In this document: in pieces, positions 14,871-29,583 of the stretch
Layout: the number at the start of each line of letters is the position of its first letter
Numbering within the stretch: the stretch's first letter is position 1
Source: Octopus sinensis
Lineage: Eukaryota
Length of the DNA: 64,000 nt
NCBI RefSeq assembly: GCF_006345805.1
Contig: NW_021831833.1
Coordinates: 15,943 to 79,942 of the forward strand
Direction of reading: 5' to 3'
Notes under the pieces: model-generated
Told to the model about the DNA's origin: nothing
What the model saw: only the letters and a program-made list of their open reading frames with translations
The model's database searches: none
Program-made: the position numbers and the translations under genes

Positions 14871-16069
14871 AAAAGAAAATAAATTAAGGCGCGATTGTAA
14901 AGCGAACTTCTTAACCACCTAGCCATGTCTGTGCCTATATTTGCCTAGGATTTGGTTGTTGTTTCTAACCAGAAAATCAGTTGTGTAGAGCCTCTTTTTC
15001 TTCCATAATACTATAAACCAATGATACACTCAAGTTTATAGAGTGATATCTCTTTACCAGCTGGTGAATCTACCCTGTCTATCATTAAAATGATAAATGC
15101 TACGCAATATCAACGGTAACATGCAAACCACCAAAGGCAAAATGTATTGAACTACCCCTACTGGTTCCTCGTTCTCCAATTAACTTGACTCTGTTTAGCT
15201 GAACTATAACTGTCTGAGATACTATTGCTTGGTTATAGTAGACCTTAAAACAATATGGCACTTGGAGCTATCTGCTTAGAAAACAATACCACAAAGTGCA
15301 TTTTCAATACATTTGAAATACTTGACTGATCCGTGGAGGAGATACACTTGATTGATACCAAAATCTGAAAGATCCTGATATAAACTTGATGCTTTCATTG
15401 TATCAATGATAGTGGGAAAAGCTCTATCTCAAAGGAAAAGTGAGCTGAAGTGGATTAAAGTCGGTGCAGACTACCTTTGAGTGTTGAATAATATACCGCC
15501 GGTATTTTGTCCTCGAAGACAGCAAGCGTAAAAATATCTCTTTCATACTCTAAATTGAACAGCATCTTACAGGTCGGTTGTGAATTCTTCGAGAAGTTTT
15601 CACTTTCTGTTCTCCTTCAGTGAGACCACAACATTAATGGAGAAGCGTAAGGCAAAAAAGAAAAAAAAAAGAAAGAAAAAAACCGGCTCTGAAGAAAATC
15701 GCTCTGTTCAGGGGGTAAAAAAACCCCCAAGTAAGCGGGGTTTCCCCAAAAGCTTGAGGATGATGACCACATTAACAGGAAATATGGCATCTTTTAGACA
15801 CGTGCCTGTTACATTACGTCAAATTTCGAAGGGTATGCTTTTAAAATCTAAAAACAGGAGCTAGCTACTAGCTACCTTAATGAGCAAGTAAGAAATTGGT
15901 GATGGTTTATATAAAGATAGATTTTAACTTTAAGGTAGAGGCATACACATAGACGGAAACATAAACGCATACATATGCACACTCATACATACACACACTC
16001 ACACACACAGAGGCATACATATATACAAATATATATAAGTACATATATAAATATATATATATATATATC

Positions 16070-16103
<34 letters not shown>

Positions 16104-16242
16104 ATTATATATATATATATACAAATTGAGATAGGGGTTGTAAATGCAACCCTCTATGGGATAACGTATATCCAATATACTGCTAGCGAAGTACCCAACA
16201 AAGTTAATACATAAATGTTAATGATTGCGATGCAATATCTTG

Positions 16243-16277
<35 letters not shown>

Positions 16278-16284
16278 TATATAT

Positions 16285-16341
<57 letters not shown>

Positions 16342-16899
16342 ATATATACGTATATACATATACACACGCACAAATGCATATACAAAAGACAGTGGGTGAA
16401 AGAGAGTAAGAGAGACGCAAGGAAAAAAGTGAGAGACTGCTGTAAATCTACAGCCATCACATCAGACTGATACATAAGACAAACAGAGAGTGATAATTGT
16501 GAAGATAGGGACAACAAAGAACTAAAAACGAAACAAAATGAAAGGTTCTTGCAAATATCACAGATATAATTTAAAATGATATTGTTATCAATTCATCTGA
16601 AGTAAGTTCGACCTATTTTTTCCAACAGTCCATCTGACCTTCATGCTGAGTGGTTGTCACACGAACCGATAGTTCTAATGGTGTACACTTTGCCGGAATA
16701 GAAATGCTGTGATGCATCTATTTATCTATCACTCTATCTATCCATCTATTTCTCAAAGAAACATTATCTCTTTATCAGTCTGTCTGTCTGCCTGTCTGTT
16801 TGTCTATCTGTCTATTTGTCATTTTGCTCCTACGTTTCTCCCTATTTCTCCTTGTCCCTTTTGCAAAATATAGCTGAAATATGCGCGTGCATACACACA

Positions 16900-16992
<93 letters not shown>

Positions 16993-17013
16993 CATACATA
17001 TATATATATATAT

Positions 17014-17044
<31 letters not shown>

Positions 17045-17113
17045 CTTGTGTACATACATGCTTACATTTGTATGCATATATAAACATAATACAAGCATAC
17101 ACACACACACACA

Positions 17114-17154
<41 letters not shown>

Positions 17155-18564
17155 GTATCCATGTGTGTATATGAATATATGCAAATATAAACACACACCT
17201 ATACTAAGATAAAATAAACAAAGAAAAAGCAAGTACGCAAATAAATATATACATACACAAACACATACATACATACATACATACATACAAACATACATAC
17301 ATACATAACATACATACATACATACATACATACATACATACATACAAACATACATACATACATACATACATACAAACATACATGCTTACATACATACATA
17401 CATACAAACATACATACATACATACATACATACATACATACATACATACATACATACATACATACATACATACATACATACATACATACATAGTGTGTGT
17501 GTCCAGACGTTACATCCAGACAGAAAATCAGGACAAAATTGCCGAATTATGAAATCATCTGACAGACACAAGCACAGACGAACAGAGAGAACGGACAGAG
17601 ACAGACCGAGAGCGAGAGAGAGAGCAAGCGAGAGAGAGAGAGAGAGAGAGCAAGCGAGAGAGAGAGAGACAAACAAACGGACGGACGGACAGACAGACCG
17701 ATCGACAGACAGGCAAGACAGAGCCAAAATATGAAAAAAAAATATTAAGGAAGAAAACGTACAAGAAAACAATAAATAGAAGAACACAAAATAGTCAGAT
17801 GGCGCGAAATATATGATGGCGTTGGTCATGTGACCAGACAGCTATGGAGTATTTTCTTTTGTTGTTTTGTGAATTTTTGTTATTTGTATTATTAATATTA
17901 TTAATAAAAATAATATTGTTGTTGTCATTATTATTAATATTATTTTGCTCTTTCTTGTACTTTGGATTGCAAGAACAACAACAACAACTAAAACAACGAC
18001 GACGACAACAACAACAAGAAACAAACAAACAAGATGTCTGCCTAACTGGCTCCTCTTTTGTTTTACTTTTAGCTTCCTACCCTTACTTCCTATCCTTCCC
18101 CCCACCCCTTACCCCCACCAACACCACCACCACCACCGCCACCACCAACACATTTACTGTTACCAACGCTTCCTCGAAAGTCATAGTCCTCCTCCTCCTC
18201 CTCCTTCGCCGCCGCCATCGTTGGATCTCACTTGCAGTTTTCGCCATGTTTAATATAGGAAATGTTGCAAAGGAAGCCTTTACTTATGTCAGTCTATCTT
18301 TTCTAGTTTCAATGTAGCCGACATTGCTGTCTGTCCTCTTAAGTTCCCGCATCCCTTCCTTGTCTGTGACGCAAGCGGGATGGCCAGGGCATTTTAGGGT
18401 ATGAGTCGGTGTAGAGTCTATATGTGTGAAGGGAAGCTAATGTGTGTGCTTGTCTATATAAGTCTGTGTACGTGTGAATGTATATGTGTATGTACGTGTA
18501 TATGGCACAAAGACATATTAACGCTTCTGTATGTTTACATACATATATATACATATATATACAT

Positions 18565-18599
<35 letters not shown>

Positions 18600-18763
18600 C
18601 ATATATATATGTATATATGTATGTATAAATATATATATTTGTGTATGTATGTATATATATATATATGTGTGTGTTTTTTTGAATGTATATACATATATAT
18701 GTGCATATTCGTGTGTGTCTCTTTATGTCCGTCCGTGTGTGACCATGTGTATGTGTATGTGAC

Positions 18764-18804
<41 letters not shown>

Positions 18805-19224
18805 AATTAGCTAAGAAGCGATGGGTGCCGGAGGAGGTGAGGAGGAACGGTGATGGTAATGCTAAAGGAGGTGGGTGGTGTCTTAAAGAGAAGATGTGAC
18901 GAAAGCAAAACGGGAGGATAAATAAAAAATAATCCCAACATAATAAAAAGAAAAGGGAGAAAAATAATTAAAAAAGAACATAAAACTGAAAAATATGAAT
19001 AAAACAAAAAAAAGCACAAAATAAGGGAGAATTTGTAATATGGCGGACACAAAGGAGTAAGGATGGTATTGAGAATGTGGGTGAGGAGTCTGGTAGTGGT
19101 GGTGATGGTTGCGGCGGTGGTGATGGCATTGATGGTCATAGTAATATTGAAAACAAGGGCCATGCTGTTTATTGATAATGGTGATGATTGTGATGATAGT
19201 GGTGGTAAAGTTGGTAATGATGAC

Positions 19225-19258
<34 letters not shown>

Positions 19259-19499
19259 CGAAGTCACCGAGTCGGAGGTGGTGGTGGTGGTGGTGTGGGG
19301 GTTGATGGTAATGGAAATGGTGGTGATGCTGGTAGTGTCGATGATGACTTTGGCGGTGTTATTGGGAATGGCAATAGTTGTGACGGCAATGGTCGTGATG
19401 GTAGGGGGTCAGTAAGAGGGTAGGGACGGGAATGGTGTGGTGAAGGTCACGCAATGTTGTTGTTTGTTCATGAAGTCAGTGATAATGTTGTATTGTTGT

Positions 19500-20275
19500 T
19501 GCTGTTTAGCCCTGGGTCAGCTTTGATTAAACCGTGACCATCCCATCTTTATTACTCAGAAACAGTGTATTTAAGTCTCCATTATCCAACATTTCCTTTC
19601 ATAGGGGCGATTTGAGGGACATCTAGTTACTATTTCTAGCCGTTCAAACGATATGTTAGAGTCTTCATATGGTGGTGTTAGTCATGATGATGGCATTTGT
19701 GATAATAGTGGTGGTAGTGGTTGAGGGTGGTGGTGGCGCCGGCGGTGTGATGGTTTTGTCGAGGTGGTGAAATAGGTGGTGAATGAAGGTGTCGTTATGG
19801 TCTGTGTAGATGACCATTATATGTCTGGCTATATAATGGTCATCTGGCTATAGATGACCATTGTATATCTGGCTATTGTTGAGTAGCCCCAAGCCTGACC
19901 CGGGGCTAAACAATAACGATAAACACCTATGATCAAAGCCGTCCCATGAAACATTATTCCCCCCTCTTTGTGAAAACATAGTATAAAGTGGACTACTTAA
20001 TCGAATGTAAATCATTTGGTAAGATGTTAGGAAGTGGTTTGAAGAAGATTTTGCTGCTATTTCTAGCAGGTCAAGTGTCCTTATAGAGGCATAATGGCTG
20101 CAGTTTTTGTTTAACCCCAAGTTAGCCCTTATTGAACACATATGATCAAAGACATCCAACCATGACCATCCCATTTTTTGCATTCGCTGGGATTCCAGAA
20201 TACATCTAATTTAACATTTACCTTACTTTCTACGACCAGTGGGTGGTGATTTGAGGGCGATTTGACTTCTATTTC
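19500..20275 (+). repeat. Cluster of three copies of an old ~180-bp interspersed repeat (family E)
   Basis: Shared TTGTTTARCCCC..ATGATCAAAG..CATGACCATCCC..GATTTGAGGG..GCTATTTCTAGC; further copies at about 28000, 28300, 28560, 29330(-), 29976(-), 30100, 30250, 41290. Confidence 0.7.
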
Positions 20276-20634
20276 GTTTTGGATTCCTCTTTGGTTCAAT
20301 GCGATATCGTGATGGCATTGAGTGAAGAAAATGGAGAAATACAAGAGAGGAGATGGAAGGATGGTGCGTGTGTGTGTGCGAGAGAGAGAGAGGAGAGAGA
20401 GAGGAGAGAGAGAGAGAGAGAGAGAATTCAATAGAGAAATAGAGAGGGTAGGAAGGTGAAACCTGGCAATGTATTTGTAAGAAAGTGGGAGAAAACAGTA
20501 AAGAAGAGAAAAGAGACTCGAATAAGAAAGAATAAAAGAGAGATGTAAAGAAAATTAGTGAGAAAGAACAAAAATGAACCGCAATCTAGTGAAAAAGAGA
20601 AAGGGTGGAGGAAGAGACGAAGAGATCAAGCGGG

Positions 20635-20685
<51 letters not shown>

Positions 20686-20935
20686 AGCCCTGAGAGAGAG
20701 AGAAAACAAGAAGATTGCGAGTGAGGGAGGGAAAGAGAGAAGGGGAGAGCGAAAGAGAAGGGCAAAGGAAGAATGAGGGTGAGAGAAGGTTGCTTTTACT
20801 AGATTGACATTGCTCTTTTACAATATGGTGAGTTTTAGCAGCTGTGGTCATGCTGGAGCACCACGACCATCGTCATACTTTACACATAAATACGTATATA
20901 TGCATATGTGTGTGTGTATGTGTGTGTGTATAAAA

Positions 20936-21549
20936 CGGCGGCGAGCTGGCAGAAACGTTAGCGCGCCGGGCGAAATGCTTAGCGGTATTTCGTCTGCCGC
21001 TACGTTCCGAGTTCAAATTCCACCGAGGTCGACTTTGCCTTTCATCCTTTCGGGGTCGATAAATTAAGTACCAGTTACGCACTGGGGTTGATGTAATCGA
21101 CTTAATCCGTTTGTCTATCCGTTTGTCCCCCCTCTGTGTTTAGCCCCTTGTGGGTAGTAAAGAAATAGATAGAAATAGGTATTTCGTCTGCGTTACGTTG
21201 TGAGTTAAAATTCCGCCGAGGTCGACTTTGCCTTTCATCCTTTCGGGGTCGATAAATTAAGTACCAGTTACGCACTGGGGTTGATGTAATCGACTTAATC
21301 CGTTTGTCTATCCTTGTTTGTCCCCTCTGTGTTTAGCCCCTTGTGGGTAGTAAAGAAATAGAAATAGGTATTTCGTCTGCGTTACGTTGTGAGTTAAAAT
21401 TCCGCCGAGGTCGACTTTGCCTTTCATCCTTTTGGGGGAACGATAAATAAAGCACCAGTTTCGCACTGGGGGTCGATGTAATTGACTTAATCCGTTTGTC
21501 TGTCCTTGTTTTCCCCTCTATGTTTAGCCCCTTGTGGGCAGTAAAGAAA
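20936..21549 (+). mobile_element. SINE family A, one head plus three tandem body units (periods 194 and 189 bp)
   Basis: GGTATTTCGTCTGC recurs at 20984, 21178 and 21367; each unit ends GTAAAGAAATA. Confidence 0.92.
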
Positions 21550-22015
21550 TATATATATATATACACAGATGTACCCATACCGAAACAAACATATCCACAC
21601 ACACAATTACTCTGTACATGTGATACCCGAGTCTTCGGTCGGCTCTTTTAACCCCAATAAACATACCAACTCTACCCAACGGGTGTATTGAGTGCTCATT
21701 TGAGCTATCGTTTCCCTCGCTCCATACTGGGAGTATTCAATACCTGTTAGTGTGTATTTGTGTTTCTCTGTGTGTGTACTCGTAATTTCAAGGTAATAAC
21801 TCTCATTCGTTGCTATCAAATTTAAAGTAACAAATAAGGGAGGTAAGTCATACAATATCGGCTGATGCAAAAGTTTTCACAATGCACTTTTGAAATGGAT
21901 GTTGTCTCTGTAACCAACAGCTGAAAGAAACTGACATGTTTCAATCTTTTTAGCTCTCCTTAACGAAGTATGTTCACTTAATTTGCTCATCGTTAATGGT
22001 CAATATGAATGCGTG

Positions 22016-22085
<70 letters not shown>

Positions 22086-22281
22086 ATGCGAAAAGAGCGG
22101 AGAGGGAAGAATACCCTAAAGTTTCTGAATGATATATATATTTAATATGCGTTAGAACTCCGCATATGTAATGTAGTGAGCGGGAAAAACTTTATGTACA
22201 TACGTTCATATATACATGTCATATATGCATACACACACATACATACACACACAGGATATAATATATATATATATAATATAT

Positions 22282-22323
<42 letters not shown>

Positions 22324-23179
22324 GTATGTACATACACACACGCACAACAATGATTATGAACGAGAAGTGAGACCTCATAATATACAATGATATAAATGTA
22401 TGCAACAGTGAAAGGGACAGCATTCACTTCCACAAAAAAAATTATAAAATTCTAATACTTCACAATACATCAAAATTAGATATATAATGTCTGATAATGT
22501 AGAACCTTCTGAAATCCTCCTCTTTAGATAAGTAAAGGATCGGGATTTTTTCTTCTTTCCCATAGCCTATTCTTCCAGCAATGAAACTTTACTATCTCAT
22601 ATACTTTACGAGTACGACTATCTACTTCATTTCGTATATATATATATAAGCATTTACGTGTGGTTTATCCTTGGTTCTAGTAAAACGAAAGTAGCTTGTT
22701 TAAGACAAATAACCTCCGACACTCAGCGTGTGAATCATAACGTTTCCACCATATGATAAATGCGCATATCATGAAGTTAACGGACATAGAAGTTGTGGTG
22801 GTTGTATTTGATATGATGAGTTGTGCCTGGCGATCCCGGGATATTCGTAAGCAAATCTTCTGGTGAAACTCTAAAGTAGCGCATTAGAGCCGTCTTGGAT
22901 CCTGTATGTATGAATCTATGTATATATGTATGCATTTGTATGTGAGAGAGAGAGAGAGACTCTGTAAGTGTGTGTATGTAAGATTGGGTGGTTAGGTAGA
23001 TGGATGGAGGGAGGGATGTATTGGATGGATGGAGGGAGGGATGTATTGGATGGATGAATGGATGGATGGGTATGCGCTGACTTATATGCTCAAGTATATC
23101 TACTCTGTATACATGAGAGTGACGGGAAATGTGTGATCATGCTAAAAAGATAAGAATAGAGAACTAATAAATTTGTTAT

Positions 23180-23189
23180 AATTCATAAT

Positions 23190-23222
<33 letters not shown>

Positions 23223-23591
23223 CGAGCGAGAGAGAGAGACTTTTAATAGAGAGACAGCTTTCATTGGTGAAGGAATGATAGAGAATCTGTGAGTGAATAA
23301 ATGTGTAACGGAAAGGATATTACAGATTTATGTAGAGACATTTTGAGAAATAGTGTCCGGGAGAGATAACATGAGGGTGAAAGGGAGAGAGAGAGGGGGG
23401 GGAGGGAGAGAAAAAGGTAGACCGAGACAGAGTGAGGCAAAGAGAGAAAGAGAGGTTTAGCCAGACAGATGTATCGGAGATATGTGGGCGGGGAGAGAGG
23501 GAGAGAGGAGAAGGGGATATAGATAGATATGTACGAGAGATATAAGGAGAGAGAGAGAGAGAGAGAGAGATTTAGATCGAGGCATATACTG

Positions 23592-23629
<38 letters not shown>

Positions 23630-23761
23630 TATATAAATTGACAGATGTACGAGAGACGTCGGAAGAGAGAGAGAGAGAGAGATTTCCAACGACAGATGTG
23701 CCGGAAACGTATAGGAGAGAGATATTTAGGTAAACAAATGTACGAGACAGCTAAGGAGGGA

Positions 23762-23812
<51 letters not shown>

Positions 23813-24127
23813 TAGATTGAGAGAGAGAAAGAGAGACAATTCATTGGAAGATATATGAAAAAAGTAAGAGAGAGATTCAGATAGAGACGTCAATGGGAGA
23901 GCTATGGAGAAAGAGAAGAAAGGTAGATGGAGAAATGTATGTGAGAGATACGGATAGAGGAAGATTTAGTTATAGAAATGTACGGAAGAGATGCGAAGAA
24001 AAAGTTTTTTAGGCAGACAGATTATACGTGAGAGAAAATATGGAGAGAATGGTGGGAGAAAGATGGTGTTTCTTGAATTAAGCTGCAGAGAGAATTCATC
24101 GTTAATATATGTACAAGAATGAGAGAG

Positions 24128-24165
<38 letters not shown>

Positions 24166-24540
24166 GGGAAAAACAGATAGGTTGATAAAGAAAAAGAGAG
24201 AGAAAGGGTGTTTAGAATAACTCTTTAGAAACTATATAGGAATGAGAGAGTAGACCAGTCATAGAAAGAGAGCGAAAAAGCAGGCAAAGAGATGGTGAGA
24301 CGTATAAATCAAGTTAGATAAAGAGAGAGATGGTGAGACGTATAAATCAAGTTAGATAAAGAGAGAGAACCATATAGATGAAGATGAAGTGATGGAGAGA
24401 ATAAAATATTCCAGGGAGTGAAGGAGAGAGGGGGAGGGAAGGGGAGAGGGCAAAGAGAGATATAAAGAGAGAAAAAGAGAAAAGAGATCCTTTTTATGTT
24501 TATGGGAGAACGAGGAAAAGTGAGACGACAGGCAGAGTAT
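23180..24540. repeat. Long purine-rich (GA)n-dominated low-complexity tract with a 39-bp tandem duplication near 24287-24368
   Basis: Direct reading. Confidence 0.85.
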
Positions 24541-24618
24541 GAGAGTTTATGATTAATACACACACACACACGCATGCACACACACACACACATGTATATA
24601 TATATATAATATATATAT

Positions 24619-24662
<44 letters not shown>

Positions 24663-24815
24663 GTAATATATATATTATATATATATATTATAACATGAGT
24701 AAGGAAAACATAGAGAGGGAGAGTCAATCGGAGAGATAGAGACGAGGTGATAAATTTTAAACAAATGTATTCTTAAATACATGCATGAGAGAATGTAAAA
24801 GACAGACAGACAGAT

Positions 24816-24885
<70 letters not shown>

Positions 24886-25427
24886 CAAAAGGAGATGTAG
24901 GCACGGAAAGAGAGAGAAAGCGGGAGAGAGAGAGAGAGAGAGAGCGAAAGTGTGGGGAAAAAGCAGAAGAGAAAATTATTCTCTTTAATACATATATAGA
25001 TAAGGCATAAGAAAAAATAGAGTAAAAAAGAAAAAATAACCAGCTTGGCTGTGTTTAGCCATTGCAGATGGAGTAATATAGACAGATGTGTGATGTAGAC
25101 TGTGTTGTTAGGGTGGCTGGCTAGTCCGACTGGCTAGGATGGTTGCCAGGGGATGGTGAAGGTTGCGGTGGTAGTGGCGATGGTGGTGATGGGAGTAATG
25201 GCCTGTAAGACAGGAGTTGTAATGGCGGCGGTTGTGGTGGTGGCGGTGGTGGTGGTGGTGGTAGGTGGTTCAAGGGCGGGGGTGGGATGTTATATTTCAG
25301 AAAAACTGGATGGTTAGAAGAAAATAAACGAATCATAAAAGTAAAAACAAAAATATGGGGACATAAGACTGGGTTTGTGTCTGGTGATAGGTAAATAGGA
25401 ATGGAGAAAAGTATTAGAGAGAACGAC

Positions 25428-25467
<40 letters not shown>

Positions 25468-25751
25468 AGACAGAGACAGGGAGATATATAGAGATATGTG
25501 TAAGAGACTTAAGTAGGAAAAACAGTAAAAAAAGACAAAAAAAAAGGGTGAGGGAGAAAGAGAGGGAGAAATAAATGGGAAGGGAGGTGGAGAGAGTGAA
25601 GGGGGAAAAAAGATGAAGAAGCAGAGTGAAGAGTGGTCGTGTGAGGTAAGGGAGAGTGCTTGCTTTGCGTTTAATTGACTTGGTTGTCGTTAAACCAGGG
25701 TTAAGTCATCGGCCTAGCCAGTTGTCCGACAATTGGGACCAAAAAATAAAA

Positions 25752-25783
<32 letters not shown>

Positions 25784-25822
25784 CACAACAATATATATAA
25801 TATATATATAATATATATATAT

Positions 25823-25854
<32 letters not shown>

Positions 25855-26009
25855 ATATATTTATATATTTATATATGTCTAACAAGGAGTGTAAAAGAAT
25901 ATGAAATGAAATGTAAAAAGTAAAGTAAAAATAAAAATGAAAAAAAAAAAAAAAAACTGGAAACCATACCACAGACACACGTATACACACATTCTCATAT
26001 ATACGTATA

Positions 26010-26059
<50 letters not shown>

Positions 26060-26087
26060 ATAATATATATATATATGTATATATATG

Positions 26088-26120
<33 letters not shown>

Positions 26121-26929
26121 ATATATATTAACATATATATATATATATATATATATTAAAACATATATATATATACGTATGTATGTATATAATATGCACA
26201 CATATTTAAAGGAAAAGAGAGGACCATAAGAATATAAAATTAAGCATCATATATGTGTGTGTATATGCATACATACATTCATACATACGTACATGCATAC
26301 ATATACATACATGCATACATGCACAGTCACACACAAAACAATCAAACTGTCCATTATAATGTCCATCGGACGGAAGGACAATATGACAACCATTGGTTTT
26401 TCTGACTACACACATACATACACATACACGAACACACTCACACATAATACACAAACACATGTATACACATATCCATATAAATGTATGCCATATACGTACA
26501 TACATACGCACATACATAGTGTGTTTATGTGTACGTGTGAGAGAGTGTGTGTGAATGTGTGTGTATGTGTGTGTTTGTGTCCATTTTCTATCTCTCCCTA
26601 TCTTTCCAGTTGATAATTCCAGTCAGCTCTGGTCACCAGACTGTCCACCTGTCTCCATTAAAACATGGATTCGTCCGACCATTAGTTTTTCTGACATTTT
26701 CTTTTTATTGTTATCAGTTTTTGATGTTGGTTTTGTTGTTGTCGTTGTTGTTGCTGTGACTGCATTGTCTCTTGTACTTGTTGTTGTGGTAGTTGTTGTT
26801 GTTTTGGGCTGCATATTTTCTTGTTATGACATCCTTCTACCGCTACTTCTGGATTATCGCTATTACTACTATTAATATTACTGTTGTTGTTGTTGTTGTT
26901 GCAATTATTATCATTATTATTATTGTTCA

Positions 26930-27255
26930 CATTGCCATCGTGATTATTGTCATCAGTATCATGATCATCCCCATTACCGTCGTCATCATCATCATCGTCG
27001 TCGTCGTCGTCATCATCATCATCATCATCATCATCGTCGTCGTCATCATCATCATCATCATCATCATCAGCAGCATCATCACCATCATCAGCATCATCAT
27101 CATCATCATCATCATCACATCATCATCATCATCATCATCGTCGTCGTCGTCGTCGTCATCATCATCATCATCATCATCATCACCATCCTTATCATCGTCG
27201 TCATCATCATCATCATCATCATCATAATCATCATCATCATCATCATAATCATCAT
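26930..27255. repeat. (CAT/CGT)n microsatellite
   Basis: Direct reading. Confidence 0.95.
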
Positions 27256-27623
27256 TTCGTTTTCCATTTAGATTGGAAATGTTGACTTGAATTTTTCGAA
27301 TTAAGGTCTGGAGTATGAAAATCGGATGTGTGTGTGTGGGTGTTGTTGTTGTTGTTGTGGTGGTGGTGGTATTGGATGATGTTAGTGAAGTTGTATGGCG
27401 GAAGTGCTGATGGTCAATGATGAAAATGTTGGCATTGGGTTTGGTTGTTTGGATTATAATAGTGAAGCAGGAACGATTTGTAGAATTGGTTGTTTTGCAG
27501 CGGTTGGGTTGAATGGAAGGATGGTGGTGGTGGTGGTGGTGGTGAATTGATAGTGGTAGTTGTGACGGTGGTAAAGGTTGTGTTGCACGGATGGAGGTGG
27601 TGCTGTTGGTGGTAGTGATTATA

Positions 27624-27845
27624 GGGCGTTGAGCTGGCAGAAACGTTAGCACGCCGGGCGAATTGCTTAGCGGTATTTCGTTCTGAGTTCATATACCGCC
27701 GAGGTCGACTTTGCCTTTCATCCTGTCGGGGTCGATAAATCAAGTACCAGTTACGCACTGGGGTCGATATGATCAACTTAATCCGTGTGTCTGTCCTTGT
27801 TTGTCCTCTCTGTGTTTAGCCCCTTGTGGGTAGTAAAGAAATAGG
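27624..27845 (+). mobile_element. SINE family A, full length
   Basis: Colinear with the first unit at 20936. Confidence 0.9.
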
Positions 27846-27997
27846 TAGTGATTATGTTGGCTGAGCTATGGTAGTAGTAAGGGCAGTAGTGGTTGTAATT
27901 TTGTTAAATGGATGGATGATGATGGTGATGGTGGTGGTGTTGAATGGATAGATGATGTGGTGGTGGTTATTATGGTCTCGGTAGTCTTAATGCTGTG

Positions 27998-28700
27998 GCT
28001 ATTGTTTAACCCCCAAGTCGTTTGTCATGCAGAAGACTTATCATCAAAGACACTCCTGATTTGACCATACGTCCAATATATCTCCTCACCTTCAGGATAG
28101 CGAGAATATGATCGAGGGTTATTTAGCTGCTACGTCTAGCAAGTCGAGCGTGCATGTTAACATCGTAGCGCTTGTGATAGAAGTGGAGTGGTTTACTGAT
28201 GTTGGTGATGATATTAGTGAAGTTTAGAAGTGATGGTGGTGGTGGTGGTGGTGGTGGAGGTGGTGGAGGTGTATGGGGTGTTGGTGATGACCAGAGGTCT
28301 TAGTTTAGCTTTATGTTAGACTCTAGAGTAGACCTGTGATCAAAGGAGTTCAGCCATGACCATCTCACACACCGTCGGTCATTGCATTCTTGGTCTACAT
28401 TATCTAAAAGTTTCTTCGTTAGGGCTCTTTCGAGAGAGACATTTAGCTGCTATTTTAGCATGTCTCGCAACCACGTGTTAGGATTATATCGAATAAGGAA
28501 ATGATGGGATTGTAGCTATTGATATTGATGTTGATGTTGTTGATATGGCTGGAACCGATATTGTTGTTTAACCCATGGTAAGTTCTGATCGAGAAGACTT
28601 ATAACCAAAAGCATTACAGCCATGACCATTCCGTCTAATCTCTAGTCACAATGTATCTAAGAACATATATATTATTCAACGTGTTCTCCTTCTGCGAGAT
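27998..28700 (+). repeat. Three further family E copies
   Basis: Same diagnostic motifs as 19500-20275. Confidence 0.65.
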
Positions 28701-29583
28701 TGGTTAAACAACAGCAAAAATAGATGAAAGAAACATCACAAACAAAAGAAGGATCTTCAAAACAACTTTAACAACACTGTTATGAATCAATGAGGAATCC
28801 CCTAACGAAGTAACTTAGCCAGCAAAGAATAGGGACCAAGTCCACCCCCTCAGCCTCCATAGACTATGCTTCCTTCATCATTGGCAATCATGATAGCCCA
28901 CCCCATGCCAGAACATGAAGATTCATGATTTTTCTTGAGAAAGGCACTGTCTTAGCTTCCTATTGTATATTGCCAGTTTCTTCATAATTTACTGTGCTAG
29001 TCTCCTGCTCTCCCGTTTTTACCTTTGAGGCAAACTCCAGGGAGTGGAGGAACTGGCTCACGTAGCAGGGCATGTGGCATTTCCAGAGACCGGTCAGTTT
29101 CTGTAACACACACCTAGGAGTTAGCTTTCCTCCGAGTCCTCAATACCTTAACCACAAGACCTGCTCCTACTACTTGCTCCCTAATTAGGACTCTTCAAAT
29201 GTACTACAATACCGGGCCAGTGTTGAGCCGGGAGTAGTGGTGACTAAACGGTAAGTCCTTACTGTCCCAAACTCCTGAACTCCTGAGATGGAGCCTTCCT
29301 CCAAGAAACAGTTTAATGTCTTGCTCAAGACACTAAGATCTTTCTCAAACTGGAAATTTCTTAAAACGGGAAGATCCTACTGGATAATGTATCCTAGATA
29401 CACAATGTTTGATTGAAGAACGAGATTCTTATGATTGGAATCTAACTGTCGCTCAAATTGTTAATTCTACCAACATCAACAACACTCTCAATAAATCTAC
29501 CACTAACACCCCAACTTCTAAACAACTAACAACGAGGAGTCTTTAAAAAGTTGCCAACCTTAGAACTTCTCTTTCAACTTACC

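Noticed and set aside
14970-15560. Possible LINE endonuclease relic
   Set aside because: Too decayed to show a continuous motif.
18083-18247. Minus-strand 54-aa ORF MAKTASEIQRWRRRR..VLVVAVVVVVLVG resembling a membrane micropeptide
   Set aside because: The Arg and Val runs come from (GGA)n and (GGT)n repeats; no independent coding evidence.
20984-21549. Regular ~190-bp repeats as a CRISPR-like array
   Set aside because: Whole units repeat with no unique spacers; they are SINE bodies in eukaryotic DNA.
21610-21760. Minus-strand GAAAC..CCGAAGA as another permuted hammerhead
   Set aside because: Consistent stems I and III could not be assigned.
26582-26700. Polypyrimidine tract plus CAG as a splice acceptor of a host exon
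   Set aside because: No convincing donor site and no recognisable peptide.
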